Source: Octopus bimaculoides
Lineage: Eukaryota
DNA length: 45,949 nt
NCBI RefSeq assembly: GCF_001194135.2
Contig: NC_068981.1
Coordinates: forward strand, 20,567,128-20,613,076
Direction of reading: 5' to 3'
This document shows, piece by piece, positions 22,141-35,689 of the stretch. The position numbers and the translations under genes are program-made. The notes under the pieces are model-generated. The model did not search any database. It was not told the origin of the DNA and saw only the letters and a list, made by a program, of their open reading frames with translations. Positions within the stretch are counted from its first letter, which is position 1, and each line of letters opens with the position of its first letter.

Positions 22141-22828
22141 TGAAATGAAATATGAACTAAAAGCGAAAATGATAAACCCCTGTTATGGAACATGGGTTCA
22201 AGTCTTAGCTAAGGCGCATCAAACAATAAACCTCAGAAAGGGAAAAAACTAGAATCTATATCTGAGTAACAGTATTTGAGGATTAAAGACTAATGCTAAT
22301 AGTTTAAACATCACTGCCACTCAAGCCCTATGCAGAAGTCTCTACATAGTCACTTGACCTGCTAAAAGTAACAACCAAATTTTCATCACCATCTTAAACT
22401 AGGAAATACCATTTGAGGTAATGTAGTTCTACATACTCCTAAAATCATGAAGTAGTCACAGCCAGAATGTCTTAGATCATTGGCCCACTTAGTCAAAGCT
22501 GACTTGGGGCTAAACAACAATGCTGACATCATATATTCAATACTAATCCAATCCATTGAAATAATGGATAAGAACTGTGCACTAATTTAAACTGTCCACT
22601 CCAGGATGTTACATGTGAGTATATCACACCATTTTTATACAGACATACAAGTGTGAACCAGTAAGGATGAAAACATATCTTCAGCTATCATGTTTTGTAT
22701 TGTCACTCATCACAATCAATACTACTATCATTGCCATCATCTTTACCATTACCATATCACCATCACTTGTTATCATCACCATCAATATCACCATCTTCAT
22801 AATCATCATCATCACCATTATATGTGTA

Positions 22829-23127
22829 AGGATTTTCAAGCGAGATCATTGCCAGTACCCCTGGACTGGCTCTTGTGCGGGTGGCACGTAAAATACACCA
22901 TTTTGAGCATGGCCGTTGCCAGTACCGCCTGACTGGCCTTCATGCCGGTGGCACATAAAAGCACCCACTACACTCTCTGAGTGGTTGGCGTTAGGAAGGG
23001 CATCCAGCTGTAGAAACTCTGCCAAATCAGATTGGAGCCTGGTGTAGCCATCTGGTTTCACCAGTCCTCAGTCAAATCGTCCAACCCATGCTAGCATGGA
23101 AAGCGGACGTTAAACGATGATGATGAT
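22829..23127 (+). mobile_element. RTE 3'-UTR / RTE-tailed SINE, young copy
   Basis: Internal duplicated TTGCCAGTACC..GACTGGC unit; (GAT)n tail; CpG retained. Confidence 0.85.
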
Positions 23128-23164
23128 CATCATCATCATCATCACCATCATCAATATCAACAAT

Positions 23165-23680
23165 ACAGTTTTAATAGCTAAATCCTTTGAAATATAAGAA
23201 GCAAAATTCAAAATCTGGAAGCAAGATCTAGAATCAAGGCGCCTAAATGTCAATTTAGTAAAGATGGAAGTTCTCATTTGCAGAAAAGTAAGCAATACAC
23301 TATTATTTACTGGGAAATAGTAATGTCTATAATGCAGAAAAGAGGTAGGTAGGAACTCTATACTCTCAGTGCAAAGAATGGGGTATACATAAGGTGCAGT
23401 GACATCTCAGGCAAGCTGAGAGATAAAAAATATTCCATAATCAATAGATGCATACAAGTAGCTAACAGTTGCAACATGCAAGAAAATAAAATTCTCTTAA
23501 TTACCTTGAAGGCAATTAGAAATTATTGAAATTGTCTGTTACCCAGGTGACCTGATAAACAAGGGAGGTGGGTGTTCCATTCCAAAGCATAGTAACAGAG
23601 TAAAGATGGTAAAGTGGGGTGGAAAATATTCAAAGGGATATTACCTCTGTTAACAACAAAGGCTTCTTCAGTGGATCATA
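23165..23680 (+). mobile_element. RTE ORF fragment
   Basis: KFKIWKQDLESRRLNVNLVKMEVL, CRKEVGRNSI and YPGDLINKGGG. Confidence 0.8.
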
Positions 23681-24239
23681 TTTATATATATACATGTATA
23701 TCATCATTTCCTCATCATCGTCATTGTCATTTTAATGTCCACTTTTCCATTCTGTGTTGGTCAGATGAGACTATGTTGAAGCAGATTTTTCTATAACTAG
23801 ATACCCTTCCTGATACTAACCTTTACCTGTTCCAAGCAAGACAATAGTCTCCAGTCTAAGCTGTTCAAAGAATGAACAGCCTAGACATGGTTACACAGAG
23901 AAATGGAAACAAATGACACAATTTGGATGAGCTATTTGTTTACAAAGATCATACATTTTGTCGAGAAGCCCAAATATGCTTTCATGGTGGAATACGAGCA
24001 AAGACATCAACAAGGAAGCCTCTACATGATTGCTCAACCTGTTAGAAATAGCAACCAAATCTTTCTCAAATCATATCCTTTAGTCTCTTTGTATAAAAAG
24101 AAAACTGGATAATGTAGTCCTAGATGCATTGTGTTTCAATAAAAGATGGAATAATTAAGGCGAATGTGTTTTTTGGCCATAGGCCTGTTTGATCAGAGCT
24201 GACCTGGGTCTAAACAATAACAAAGGCTTCTCACTTCAC

Positions 24240-24600
24240 ATGAAGGGCTGACTATATAGTGTTTGTCTGTGAAGTACAATTTTGCATGAGAGCAAGATAT
24301 GGCTGCTGAATGTGGAGAATATGCTGAGGTAGGACAGAAATATGAACCTGCCTAGATGGATGTGTAATGTCAGCATGCATGAAGAACAGAGAACAAATGT
24401 GGTAGGAGAAAACCTGAGCATCAGAGATATTTTCAATTGTGTTGAAGTGAGAAGACTGATGGTACAGACATGTAATACATATGAAGAATGATAGTTGGGT
24501 GAAAAGCTCAAATAATTCATGTAGAAGGAGTCTGTGAAAAATAAAGACCAAAGAAGACGTGAACAGGATTCTGGATCACATAAAAGAAACAATGAAGGAT
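24240..24600 (+). mobile_element. RTE C-terminal fragment, decayed
   Basis: Collinear with the RTE C-terminus seen at 27161-27451. Confidence 0.6.
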
Positions 24601-25189
24601 CTCAACAAGTGGAGAGACATTGTTTTGAAACTCACCATCCAGCATAGAATCACAAATGTAAAAATAATGATGGTACCAATGATGATGATATAAGCTAACA
24701 AGAGAGATATTTTATTGATTTTAATTGAATTCCCATCAGGAAATTATTGATAACTCAGTTTGAAATTTTTTTTTTAACTAATCCATTTCCATTAATTCAT
24801 GAATCTTTCATCATGAAATTACATAGATACATCACTTGTTAAATAAGCCAGACATTTTATAAACAGTTAGTTGTTTTTGTCTCTCTCACCAAATGTAAAC
24901 TGTTTTTATAGCAATATTAAATTATTGTAGTAGTATTTGGTGTTGTTGTAGGAAAGTATTTTCTGAAAACTTAGTTCTGTTACAAGTAGTTATCACAGTT
25001 TTAATACCATTTGACTTGCTGCCAATAACAATTTATTCAACTTTTATGCCAGGACCTAATCAGAAACACCAGCCAGAAAATTATTTCTTTCAACACTGGG
25101 TTGAAAGAAACTTGTTTCACAACAGAAAATCAATATTGAAAACTTCCATGAGAGTGTTTGCAACATCAACAACAATAATAATGATAATT

Positions 25190-26800
25190 TCTAACATAGG
25201 CACAAGGTTAGAAATTGAGGGCTGATGAACAGATAATTATATTGATTGCAGTACTTGACTGGTATTTATTTTATCAACCTCAGAAGTTTAAAAGCAAAGT
25301 TGGTCATGGCAGAATTTGAACTCAAAATATAAAAGGCCATAACTAAATGCCACAAGCATTTTGTTTCTTGTTGTAAAGACGCCACCATAATAAAAGTTTC
25401 TTACATGATTCTTCTATAATTAAAATAATGATTGCCACAAGAATGACAAATGGAATGATTATAACAAAGACTACTTACAAAACAATTAATACAAATTATC
25501 CAGTGGGTATTAATTTTCCTGATTTAGGCACAAAGCCAGCAGTGTTCAGGTGAAGGGTTAATCAGTACCATCATTGCCAGTACTTGACTAGCATTTTACT
25601 TTATCAACCACAGAGGGATGAAAGGTAAATTTGCCCTCAGTAGGATTTGAATTCAGAAAGTAAAGAACCAGAAAGAATTTTTCCAATGCTCTAATCATTC
25701 TGCCAGCCCATAACCCTAATAAAACAAGTTACAATGGTTTTTAGAAGGGGGTTAGTCAATTACATTGCCCCAATACTTAACTGGTACTTTATTGACTCCA
25801 AAAGGATAAAAAAAAAAGCAACCTTAACTTCAATGGGATTTGAACTCAGAATAAGATTAATAATAGCAAACACAACATAGCTGTGTGGTTAAGAAGTTTA
25901 CTTTGCTACCATAGAATTCCAGGTTCAATCATGCTAACCTTGGCACCTAGGCTTCAGATTGACAAGCTATTCAATCCATACTAGCATGGAAAAATGAACA
26001 TATAGGGGCAGGTATGGTTGTGAGGTAAGAAGTTTGCTTCTCAACCACATTGTTACAGGTTCAGTCCCACTGTGTGGCACCTTGGGAAGTGTTTTCTACT
26101 ATAACCTCAGGTCAACCAAAGCCTTGTGAGAGGATTTGGTAAACATGTTTGTTCTCTACCATTACTTGAGAACCTGTGTGTGTTTGTTTAGGTCCATGTA
26201 ACTTAGCAGTTTAGCATAAGAGACTGGTAGAATAAATACCAAGCTTAAAAATAAGTATTTGGTCAATTCATTTGAATAAAACCCTTCAATGTGGTGCCCC
26301 AGTATGGCCACAGTCCAATGACTGAAACAAGTAGTAGATAAAACGATGAAGAAGATAACAGCAAATGTTTACATCAAATAAATAAATTTTAATATTTAAG
26401 TGGAATGTTTTCTCAGGAATTCTAGACATTGCTGTGTAAATGCAATGACATCAGAAGTGCTTACAGTATCTAGTGACAGACAAAGGTGACAAGCTGACAG
26501 AATTGTTACTGCACTCTGGTGCAGTAAAATGCTTAGCAGCATTTCTTCCAACTTTACATTCTGAGTTCAAATGCCGCTGGGATTGACTTTGCCTTTCATC
26601 TTCTCAGGGTCAATAAAATATCTACAAGTTTAGTACTGGAGTTGATGTAATCAGCTTATCCCCTTCTCCAAAATTGTTGGTCTTGTATTTAATGATGGTT
26701 CTTTACACATTGAGTTCAAATCCAGCCAAGGTCAATTTTGTCTTTCATCCTCACTAGATCGATAAAATGTAGTATCAGTCAAGTATTGCAGTTGATTCAA
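25190..26800. mobile_element. Cluster of at least six SINE copies (families A and B) in both orientations
   Basis: Minus copies ~25190-25388, 25520-25720 and 25740-25860; plus copies ~26005-26345, 26485-26690 and 26690-26800. Confidence 0.8.
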
Positions 26801-27033
26801 TTCTATGAAGTATTATATTAGTAAAATACTAATAATTGATCAATATAGAGTGAATCAAGTATTGGAGTTGATTTAATATTCTATGTAGCAAATATAGTAT
26901 TAATAGGCCTATAATGGTAGACTAATATTGTATCACTAAAGTATTGAGGCTTTTTTAAAAAAATTTTCTTTCTTTCTTCTTCTTCCACACATGGCTGTGT
27001 GGTAAGAAGCTTGCTTCCCAACCACATGGTTCT

Positions 27034-28085
27034 TGGTATGCATAAGTGGGCTGGTTACGGTCTCATTTGGCTTGCCGGGTCTTCTTAAGCACAGCATATT
27101 TCCAGAGGTCTCAGTCACTAGTCATTGCCTTGGTGAGGTCTAATGTTCGAAGGTCACACTTCACCACCTCATCCCAGGCCTTCCTGGGTCTACCTTTTTC
27201 ACACAGCTATCCTCATCCATTCTTGCCACATGACCATACCAGTGCAATCGTCTCTCTTGCACACCACATCTAATGCTTCTTAGGTCCAACTTTTCTCTCA
27301 AGGTACTTACACTCTGTCGAGTATGCACACTTACATTACACACCCAGCAGAGTATACTAGCTTCATTCCTTGCAAGCTTACACATGTCCTCAGCAATCAA
27401 CAGCCCATGTTTCACTGCTATGTAGCATGGCTGTTCGTACACATGCATCATACAGTTTACCTTTTATTCTGAGCGAGAGGCCCTTTGTCACCAGCAGAGG
27501 TAAGAGCTCTCTGAATTTTGCCCAGGCTATTCTTATTCTAGCAGCTACACTTTCAGTGCACCCACCCCCACTACTAACTTGGTCGCCTAGGTAACGGAAG
27601 CTATCAACTACTTGTAGTTTTTCTCCCTGGAATGTGACAGAAGTTGTTCTCTGCACATTTCAGTATTTATTGCTCCTGAGAATCTGCCACATACAAAAAC
27701 TATCTTCCCAGTTAGCCTTCTTTTGATATTGCTGCACCTATTATGTGTCCATAGCTTACACTGTGTACATCTTATAGAGTTTCTACCTACACCTTTTCTA
27801 CAGATTGAGCCTTCTATTTCGTCAAAGGCTTCGAGTAATACATCTCTAAATCTCTGTCCATCCGCAAGATCTTTCAGCTTCCAGACCCTTCTCCTCCATG
27901 CTGGTCGTCTTTTGGGCATCCATTTAGCCCTGATCCTGAAGTTGCTAACTAACAGTCTATGGAAACCCCCTGTATGTTGTCCAACATGTCCATTGAAGGT
28001 CCCTGTCATTCGTCGATGAGGAAGTCTGCAAGAGGGTGTCATAAAATCAGTCTTTCTGTCCATCAGGTAGCCCCAGCTGAGGGGC
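27034..28085 (-). mobile_element. Multiply deleted RTE element nested in a family-A SINE
   Basis: NGHVGQH, SICRKGVGRNSIRCTQCKLWTH, DSFRYLGDQVSSGGG and RRLHWYGHVARMDEDSCVKK; SINE head at 26990-27033 and SINE tail at ~28110-28350. Confidence 0.9.
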
Positions 28086-30189
28086 ATAGGCCGAGATATT
28101 TAATACAATACATTTATATTTATATTTATCCATGTGTCTTAGTATTTGTGTTTGTATGTCCTCTATCACTTGACAACCAATGTTGGTATGTTTACATCTC
28201 CAAAACTTTGTAGTCTGGTAAAAGAGACTGATAGAATAAGTAATAAGCTTACAAAGAATAAGTCCTGGGGTTGATTTCTTTCACTAAAAATCCTTTAAGG
28301 TGGTGCACCAGCATGACCGCAGTCAAATGATTGAAACAAGTAAAAGAATAATAGTCCTCCATCTATCCATCCCATTTCCCCACCTAGCTCCCATCACCTT
28401 GCTTCTTTTTCTTTTCTTTTTCTCAACCACTTTTTCACTTTCTCACTCCTCCTATACTTTTCTTCAGATGAAGGACTGAAGTCCAAAACTTTAAGAATTC
28501 TTCCCTTTTTTTTAAGTGTTTTGTTAAAACTTGTCCCTCCTGTGTTGTCTCTTCTTTTTGTTTACTGTTTTTGCAACTGATTTATTATTCCAAAAGTTTA
28601 TAAGGTGAATTTCTTAATCACACAGCCATGTCTATACATGTGTTTGTATTTGTGAGCATGTGTGTGGAAAGGCCTTTGGAAGAGGAATATCAAGAATACT
28701 GAAGGAAGAAGTAGCAAAGGTTGATCTTGGGCTGGTGAGCTTCAAAAAGTAGATGATGAGACCACAGAAAGAAGCTATGCTGGAGTGAATACATCATCCA
28801 ACCCATGAGGGCATGGAAAAATAGATGTAAAAATGACAGAATTTTCATCACCTAGATATCACTCACAAGGCATTGACCAATCTGAGGCTAAATTAGAAGA
28901 CATATGCCTATGGTGGCATGCAGTGGAATTGAACCAGGAACTTGGTGATTGCAAAGCAAACATCTTAACCACCTAACCACCTTTACCTGTAACCACTAAA
29001 AATGTAAGAAATTTCAATTCCAGTCACAGACACACCTAGAAAAACTGTTTTATGTACATTTAGTGGGAAATATGATATACAAACTTTAAAAGTGACATAC
29101 ATTAATAGGTACATTTTTATATATACACACACACATACAGAAAGTCATATAAACACGTATATGCATGCATTTATATACATGAAAGGAACCTCTATGTAGC
29201 GTCCAAACTGCTAGAAGTAGCAACCAAATCTCTTTCAAATTACACCTTATGATCTTAAAATGGAAAGAACACTTTGGATAATGTAGTCATAGATGCAACA
29301 CATCTAAAAAAATAAAAAAGAAAGAAAGGATACTCAAGGCTAGAAAGCTTTTGTTCAGAGCCAGAGCAATCTGGAATTAAAGAACAACATTGTATATGTT
29401 ATTGTCTTGTAATTAAAGAAGAATGAAAAAGTCCATTTTACATCTGCTGTAATATTTTCCCGACTAAACCATTAGAATAAGATTTAGGTCTTTGTACAAT
29501 TGCATTACGCAACAGAAATAATGTTTAGAATTTATTTCAAACTGAAATTGTTCTCCTATTCACACCCACTCACTCACTCCTGCCAACATAACTCACTTCA
29601 TAGTTCTGTATTTCAATATATCACATAGTAATTAACACTCAGGTGCTATATTAACCAGAGACTAAATAAACACTTTAAGACTACACTCAGGTGTGTAACT
29701 ACATAACAAAACATTTAAATACAGACAGCTGAGTATTTCAGAAGTCTACTTTGCAGTCATGAGGCTCTAGGTTCAGTTTCACTGTGTGACATCTTGAAGT
29801 AGCATGTCTATTCCATAACCTCAGGTCAACCCAAGCCTTGTAAGGGAAATTGAATAAATGGAAGCTGTGTAGAAACTTGTTAGATTTTACCAGTAATTCA
29901 AAGGTCAAACCTTATCACAGACATGTTGCGTCATGTGATTCAACTTGGGAATTCTGTTAAGGATATGTATTTCTGTGAAATACTCAACCACTTGGGTATT
30001 AATTTAAGAAGCTGGACATTCTACTGGTCAAACAACTGAAAATGTGCTAACAAAACTGACACGTGAAGATCCATCATAATAAAACAAATGTTAACCTTAA
30101 CAACATTAAAACCAAAAGTAATCAACAACTGCAGAGACAGATGACACCTGTCACTTGCAATATCTTCTTTATATTGCGATATGGGTCGA

Positions 30190-31330
30190 AAGACTTATGT
30201 CTAAATTTGATTGAGGAAAGATCTGTAAGAGGCTGAGAAATAATGAGGGATACAAGTACTTAAGGTTGCTGCAAGACCATAGGGTAATAGAAAAAATAGA
30301 AGTGAGAAGCTCTTCGAAGAGTATAACAGAAGGATAAGGAAGACACATGAAACAAAACCAAATAGACAGAATGTTATCAAGAGAATGAATATATGGATCA
30401 TGCCAGTATTAAGATACTCCGCTCCTTTTCTAAAATGGACAAAGATAGAGCTACTGGAATTAGAACTAGGGAGGTGATCGCAATGCAAAATGTAAACTAC
30501 CCTAAAATTAGTATCAATATGCTCTACTTACCAAAAAGGAAGAAGTTTGTAAAATGCAGATGTGCTATTGGGTTTAAAAAACCATGCTGTGCTTAGTGAA
30601 GAAAGAATACTGTCTACAACCAGAAATATAAAAATATTACTGAAACAAAAGAAAAGTTCAAGAACAGAATGAAGAATGACAGAACAAATAGCTAGAAAGA
30701 GAATTTATACAATAAACTGAGGATGTTGGAAGTAAAGTTGTGGCTGACAGATAGCAATCTGAAATGAGAAACTGAATCACTAACTATTACTGTTGCTCAG
30801 GAACATGCTATTAGAACAAACTTGATAAAGACAAAGAATGATAAAAATCGGAGAGCAAGCACATAATCTGTGGGAAATAATTGTCTCAGTAGTGAATGCA
30901 GTGAACTAACACAGAAAAAGTACTTGTGCAGGCATGACTGTGTCTATAAAAGAGTGCATTGGAATGCTAACCAAGTGTGTAGGTTCAAAGTTACAGAAAA
31001 GTGGTATAAACATGAACCAGAGGTTGGGATGATGAATGATAATTGCAAGATTTTATAGGATTTCTCCATAAAGACTGATCTTACTATTAAAGCAAGGAGA
31101 TAAGATATAATTGTAGGGAGCAAGAATAAAAGTGTAAGATCATATATCAGAACCAAGCCAGAGAAATGAAGAAATTGTAGACAACAAAGATGACAATTGT
31201 GCATTAAGGACAACACCAAAATTACTACCTAAGAAGTTGAAGGATACTGGAATTAAAGCACGCATTACTGACTTGCAGAAAAGAGTCATTCTGTAATGTG
31301 TAGGAATCCTAAGAAAGATTCTTGAGAACT
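30190..31330 (+). mobile_element. R4/Dong-like non-LTR element, 3' part (RT end, CCHC, REL endonuclease)
   Basis: EGYKYL, PVLRYSAPFLKWT, AQEHAIRTN and KWYKHEPE...DNCKIL.DF.IKTDL.IKARR.DII. Confidence 0.85.
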
Positions 31331-33065
31331 GAAGAGACTTGTTACCAAACCATAAAACAACATTGCTACTAACTAAAGTAGCATATAATAGTTTTATAAT
31401 AATAATAATAATCCTTACTACTATTGGCATGAGACCTGAAACTTTGGAGGGTAGGATAAGTCGATTACATCAACCATAGTATGTAACTGGTACTTATTTC
31501 ATTGACCCCCAAAAGGATGAAAGGTAGAGTCAACCTCAGAAGAATTTGAACTCAGAACATGAACCAAACAATTGCCACATATTATATTACAGATAAATTC
31601 CTCTATTTACATAATATCAAGGTCTCATTCATTCTTTTGTTGTCATACCATTACCATTAATATATATATATATATATAGTTGCTATTATGCAAAAGTGTC
31701 ATAAGTCCAAAACGTTGCTTTTTCAGGAAACGAAAAAATAGTTTCATCTTTCCATTTCTTAATACACTAGCAACAGTTTCATCTTAGCATTAACACTTTG
31801 TTGGGTGCATAAAATCGTAACTCCATGCAAAACTGTCATATGTAGGACTTACTACACTTTTCAAAAATGCTAAACTGCTGCACCACACTTTGACAATTTT
31901 CATATCTTGACATCAGAAGCATATGATAGTTTGACCAAAGCAAAATTGAATACTGAAAAAAACACATTTGGCTAAATTTCAACATACGACAGTTTAACAT
32001 AATAGCAACGATATATTCTGCATTAAATGAAGAAATGGTGACAAGTGAAAATTCTGTAAATAATAATGATAATCATGAGTCTTTAAGCATATACGCATTC
32101 ACCATGTATTGACTAAAGAAAATAGCCTAATATTGGGGCATATAAGCCCTCAACAGTAAAATGGAGGTATGAGTATAAACAGAATTTGAAAGTATATACA
32201 TTTATATTGATTTCTTCTTTTACTGGTTTCACTCACTGAACTACTGCCATACTGGAGCACTGCCTTCAAGGAGCTTAGTCGATTATAACAAGTACTTGGG
32301 AGAAAACAACATCAGTGCCAATTTAGAGATAATTATTTAAGCATCTCTAAGATATCACATCATAGTATATTCCATTAGAGATAAATGCAAATAATAACTA
32401 ATAGCTGCTCTTGTATATTTTCTTGATGCACACTTTAGAAAAATTGTTCAAGCTCTAGATAATAACTCAGCAAATATTTGAGAAGAACAGATTTTTTAGT
32501 GAAATTGCTTAAGTCTACTAAAAGCATTTGACTAAGCCTATCATAAAAAGTTAGTAGAAAACAACATTTATTAAGACAAAGCTACTTTTCAGTAACAAGA
32601 TGAAAGAAGGAAATACATTAACAATTCAGTAATGGCAATTTATGTTCCAGTATTTATTGCATCATCGAAGAAAAACTGAAATTCTTGTATGAGAAAATTA
32701 TTTCTCATTGGGGAATATAACTTGTTTAAACTATTTCTTTTGTCTTTTCTTGCAAAAACTTTTATTCAGTAAATTCACTTGTTAATCTGAACACTATTAA
32801 TACTATGTAATTATGTTCTGTTTTTGTTTTTTTTTCTAGAGAGCTAAATGGAAACTATCAGGTATTTTGTATCTTTAGACAAATACGATTGAATGCCCAT
32901 ATAACTCCTACACATTAAACAAGGATGGAATTTCTTTACATCAAATTGCATGTAGTTTTTTATCATCAGTGATATAATCAATACATCAACTAATGGTATA
33001 TTTTCTCTTTTTCAAATATCAATTTAACAACATTTACTTTTTTTTACCATATTTCTTTTGAAATA

Positions 33066-34341
33066 TGAAGCCCATTCCAGAAGTTTTTCAGGAGAAATAT
33101 TTATTAATTCCAAATAAGTACAAAACTTTAAGCTACTTCAAAGTAGAATCCTTTGACTTCAATGCACTTGTTGTAGCATTCCAGCCACTTCATGAAGGCC
33201 CCATGAAAGTCCTCCAAAATGAGAGTGTCTAGGAGCCTTGTCATAACTACCCTCATCTTAGAAACCACTGCCCCTGAGGTTCCCCTTCAGCTTGAAGAAC
33301 AATCAAATGTCACATAGTGCAAGATCTGAACTGTAGGGAGAATGAGAGAGAGTTATAATACCCATCTCTGTAGTTGGTTACCAGGATGGAATTGTGGACT
33401 GATGCAGATGCTTCCAACCTGAGTGGAAGAGCTCTGGCCTTTTGCAACAAAATCTCTTTCTGAACTCCCTCAAAGGCTCCATAGAGACTTTTTGTTGACT
33501 CTCTGGCTTGATGGAACCTAGAGGATGTAGATGATGCCCTTGCTGTCAAAAAAGGGGATCATCATTAACTTCTCAGTGGACCTTATTGGGTCTGAAGGAG
33601 CCAGGATATTTCCATTGGGCACCCTGTATCTTGCTTTTTGGATCATAACAGTAGATTCAGCTTTTGTCACAGGTCACCAGAGACTTAGGTGCTCTTGGAC
33701 AGTGGGTAATGAGCTCAAACATTTCTTTGCTGTTACCAATGCATTTTTCCTTCTATTCATCACTGAGCACCCCGGGGAACAAACTTTGTGCACGTTTAGA
33801 TCTTCATGAATAATTCTGTGTACAGTTGCCACACCAACTCCAAAATGTATGCTTATTGTCTTTATAGACACACAATGACCATCATTCAAAAAACTGCAAA
33901 TTTTCTCAACCAGCTGCAATGTTCTGGTGTCCCTCTCTCTCCTACACCTCTCATTGTCTCTCACCAGCTCACTACTATCATTGAACCTCTTGTGCCAGCA
34001 AAAAACAAATACTCAACTTGTACAAGTTAATCCATAAGGAATCTGGGGCATTTCATAAATTTCTGCAGCATTTTTTCCCTATATAACACAAAACTTTATT
34101 GCATAGGAATTTTCCAAATTGTCTTCATGTCCCAAATGCATTTTTCAAACTAGTCAGCTGTGGCAAGCAGTGTTTAGTAGAGTGTGTACAAAGAGCTGTT
34201 ACAGCTCTCTTTTATTCTGGAATAAAAAAAAAAGTTGGTAGGTCAGCTTATTAGATGTATAGTAACGATATACTAGAATTACAAGAATCAAGGACAGTTA
34301 ACTCATAAAAGAAAGCCTCAAAACTTCTGGAATGTACCTCA
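33066..34341 (-). mobile_element. Full-length decayed mariner element (1276 bp)
   Basis: TIRs TGAAGCCCATTCCAGAAGTTTT / AAAACTTCTGGAATGTACCTCA with TA flanks; VATVHRIIHEDLNVHKVC and VTCDK.ESTV.IQ.R(GAQWKYPGS) remnants. Confidence 0.9.
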
Positions 34342-35689
34342 TACATTGGTTTTGCTTTTATTAATTTGGAAAATAACAAATAATTTAGTAAAATATCATT
34401 GTCATTATTAAGCTGATATTTGGGGTCATTATTAAGCTGATATAAATTAACATGAAATTTTGGTGGAATGTTTTAATTAGATCACTCATTGGTTCAGTTA
34501 TAACAATAGCTGATTGGTTACTCACTCAGAATACCTTGAATATACTTTTCTACTATAGACAAAAGGCCTGAATTTTTTTTTGTGGGGGTCAGTCAATTAG
34601 ATCAACCCCAGTATGCAACTGGTACTTAATTTATCGACCCCAAAAGGATGAAATGCAAAGTTGACCTCAGCAGAATTCGAACTCAGAACATAAAGACAGA
34701 CAAAATACTGCTAAGCAATTTGCCTGGCATGCTAACATTTCTGCCAGCTCGCCACCTTAATACCTTGAATATACTGAAATCTTACATGGTACACCCTGTG
34801 ATCTCGCAGCTAGTGAATTGTTGTAGCTTTTTTTTTTTTTTTTACCTCTAAAGTGGTCAGTCATTTTGAAGTGAGCCACATCTGGATGTCAAATATAGAA
34901 TTTGATTTTGCAATGAGAAACAGCTAGCCTACACAAAGAAATCCCATTGTAGTCCTGAACTATATGTTTCTTCAATGTCTTCCAAGCAAGAAAAAGGATC
35001 CTGCTTATCATCATCCTTTTCTTCTTCTTCTTCTTCATTGTTGTTTTCTCTTCCTTGTTTTGCTAGAGATCAACCCTGATTAAGCAGACAATGTATCATT
35101 TCTATTTTTAAATGGTATATAATTTGAGAGAAACGTGACCACTATTTCTAGCAACTCAGTAAATCTCATAAATGTTATCTCTTGATTCATGAAACATTCT
35201 CATGCCCCTACGCAAATCTTAAATTCATGACCAATGGCTTGAATTACCCTCTCTGCAATCTGTTCTGCGTAGCACCCAAATCTCTATTAACAAGCTCTCA
35301 TAATCATCATCATTTAATGTTCTTTTTTCATGCTGGCATGGGTTGGGCAATTTGAAAGGAGCTAGTGAACCCCAGTTATCTGTTTTGGCATGGTTTCTAC
35401 AGTTGGATGTCCTGCCTAATGCCAGTGGACTTGGAATAGCACTGGATTAGTACAGTCTCCAGTGGATCTTGGATACTTGGCATTCAATTTACAAATATTT
35501 AGTAAGTACCAAGGGCCAAATTAAATTGGAATTCTCATAAAACAGATGCAATGAAAATGTGTGGTTGTAATTATGTATTGGCTAATGATGTGTATGTATA
35601 CCGATACACAGACAAACGGATAGCTTTGTGTCTACGTATGTATGCATGTGGGTGTATGTGTATTAGTGCTGAGGTATCCACTTGCTGCT

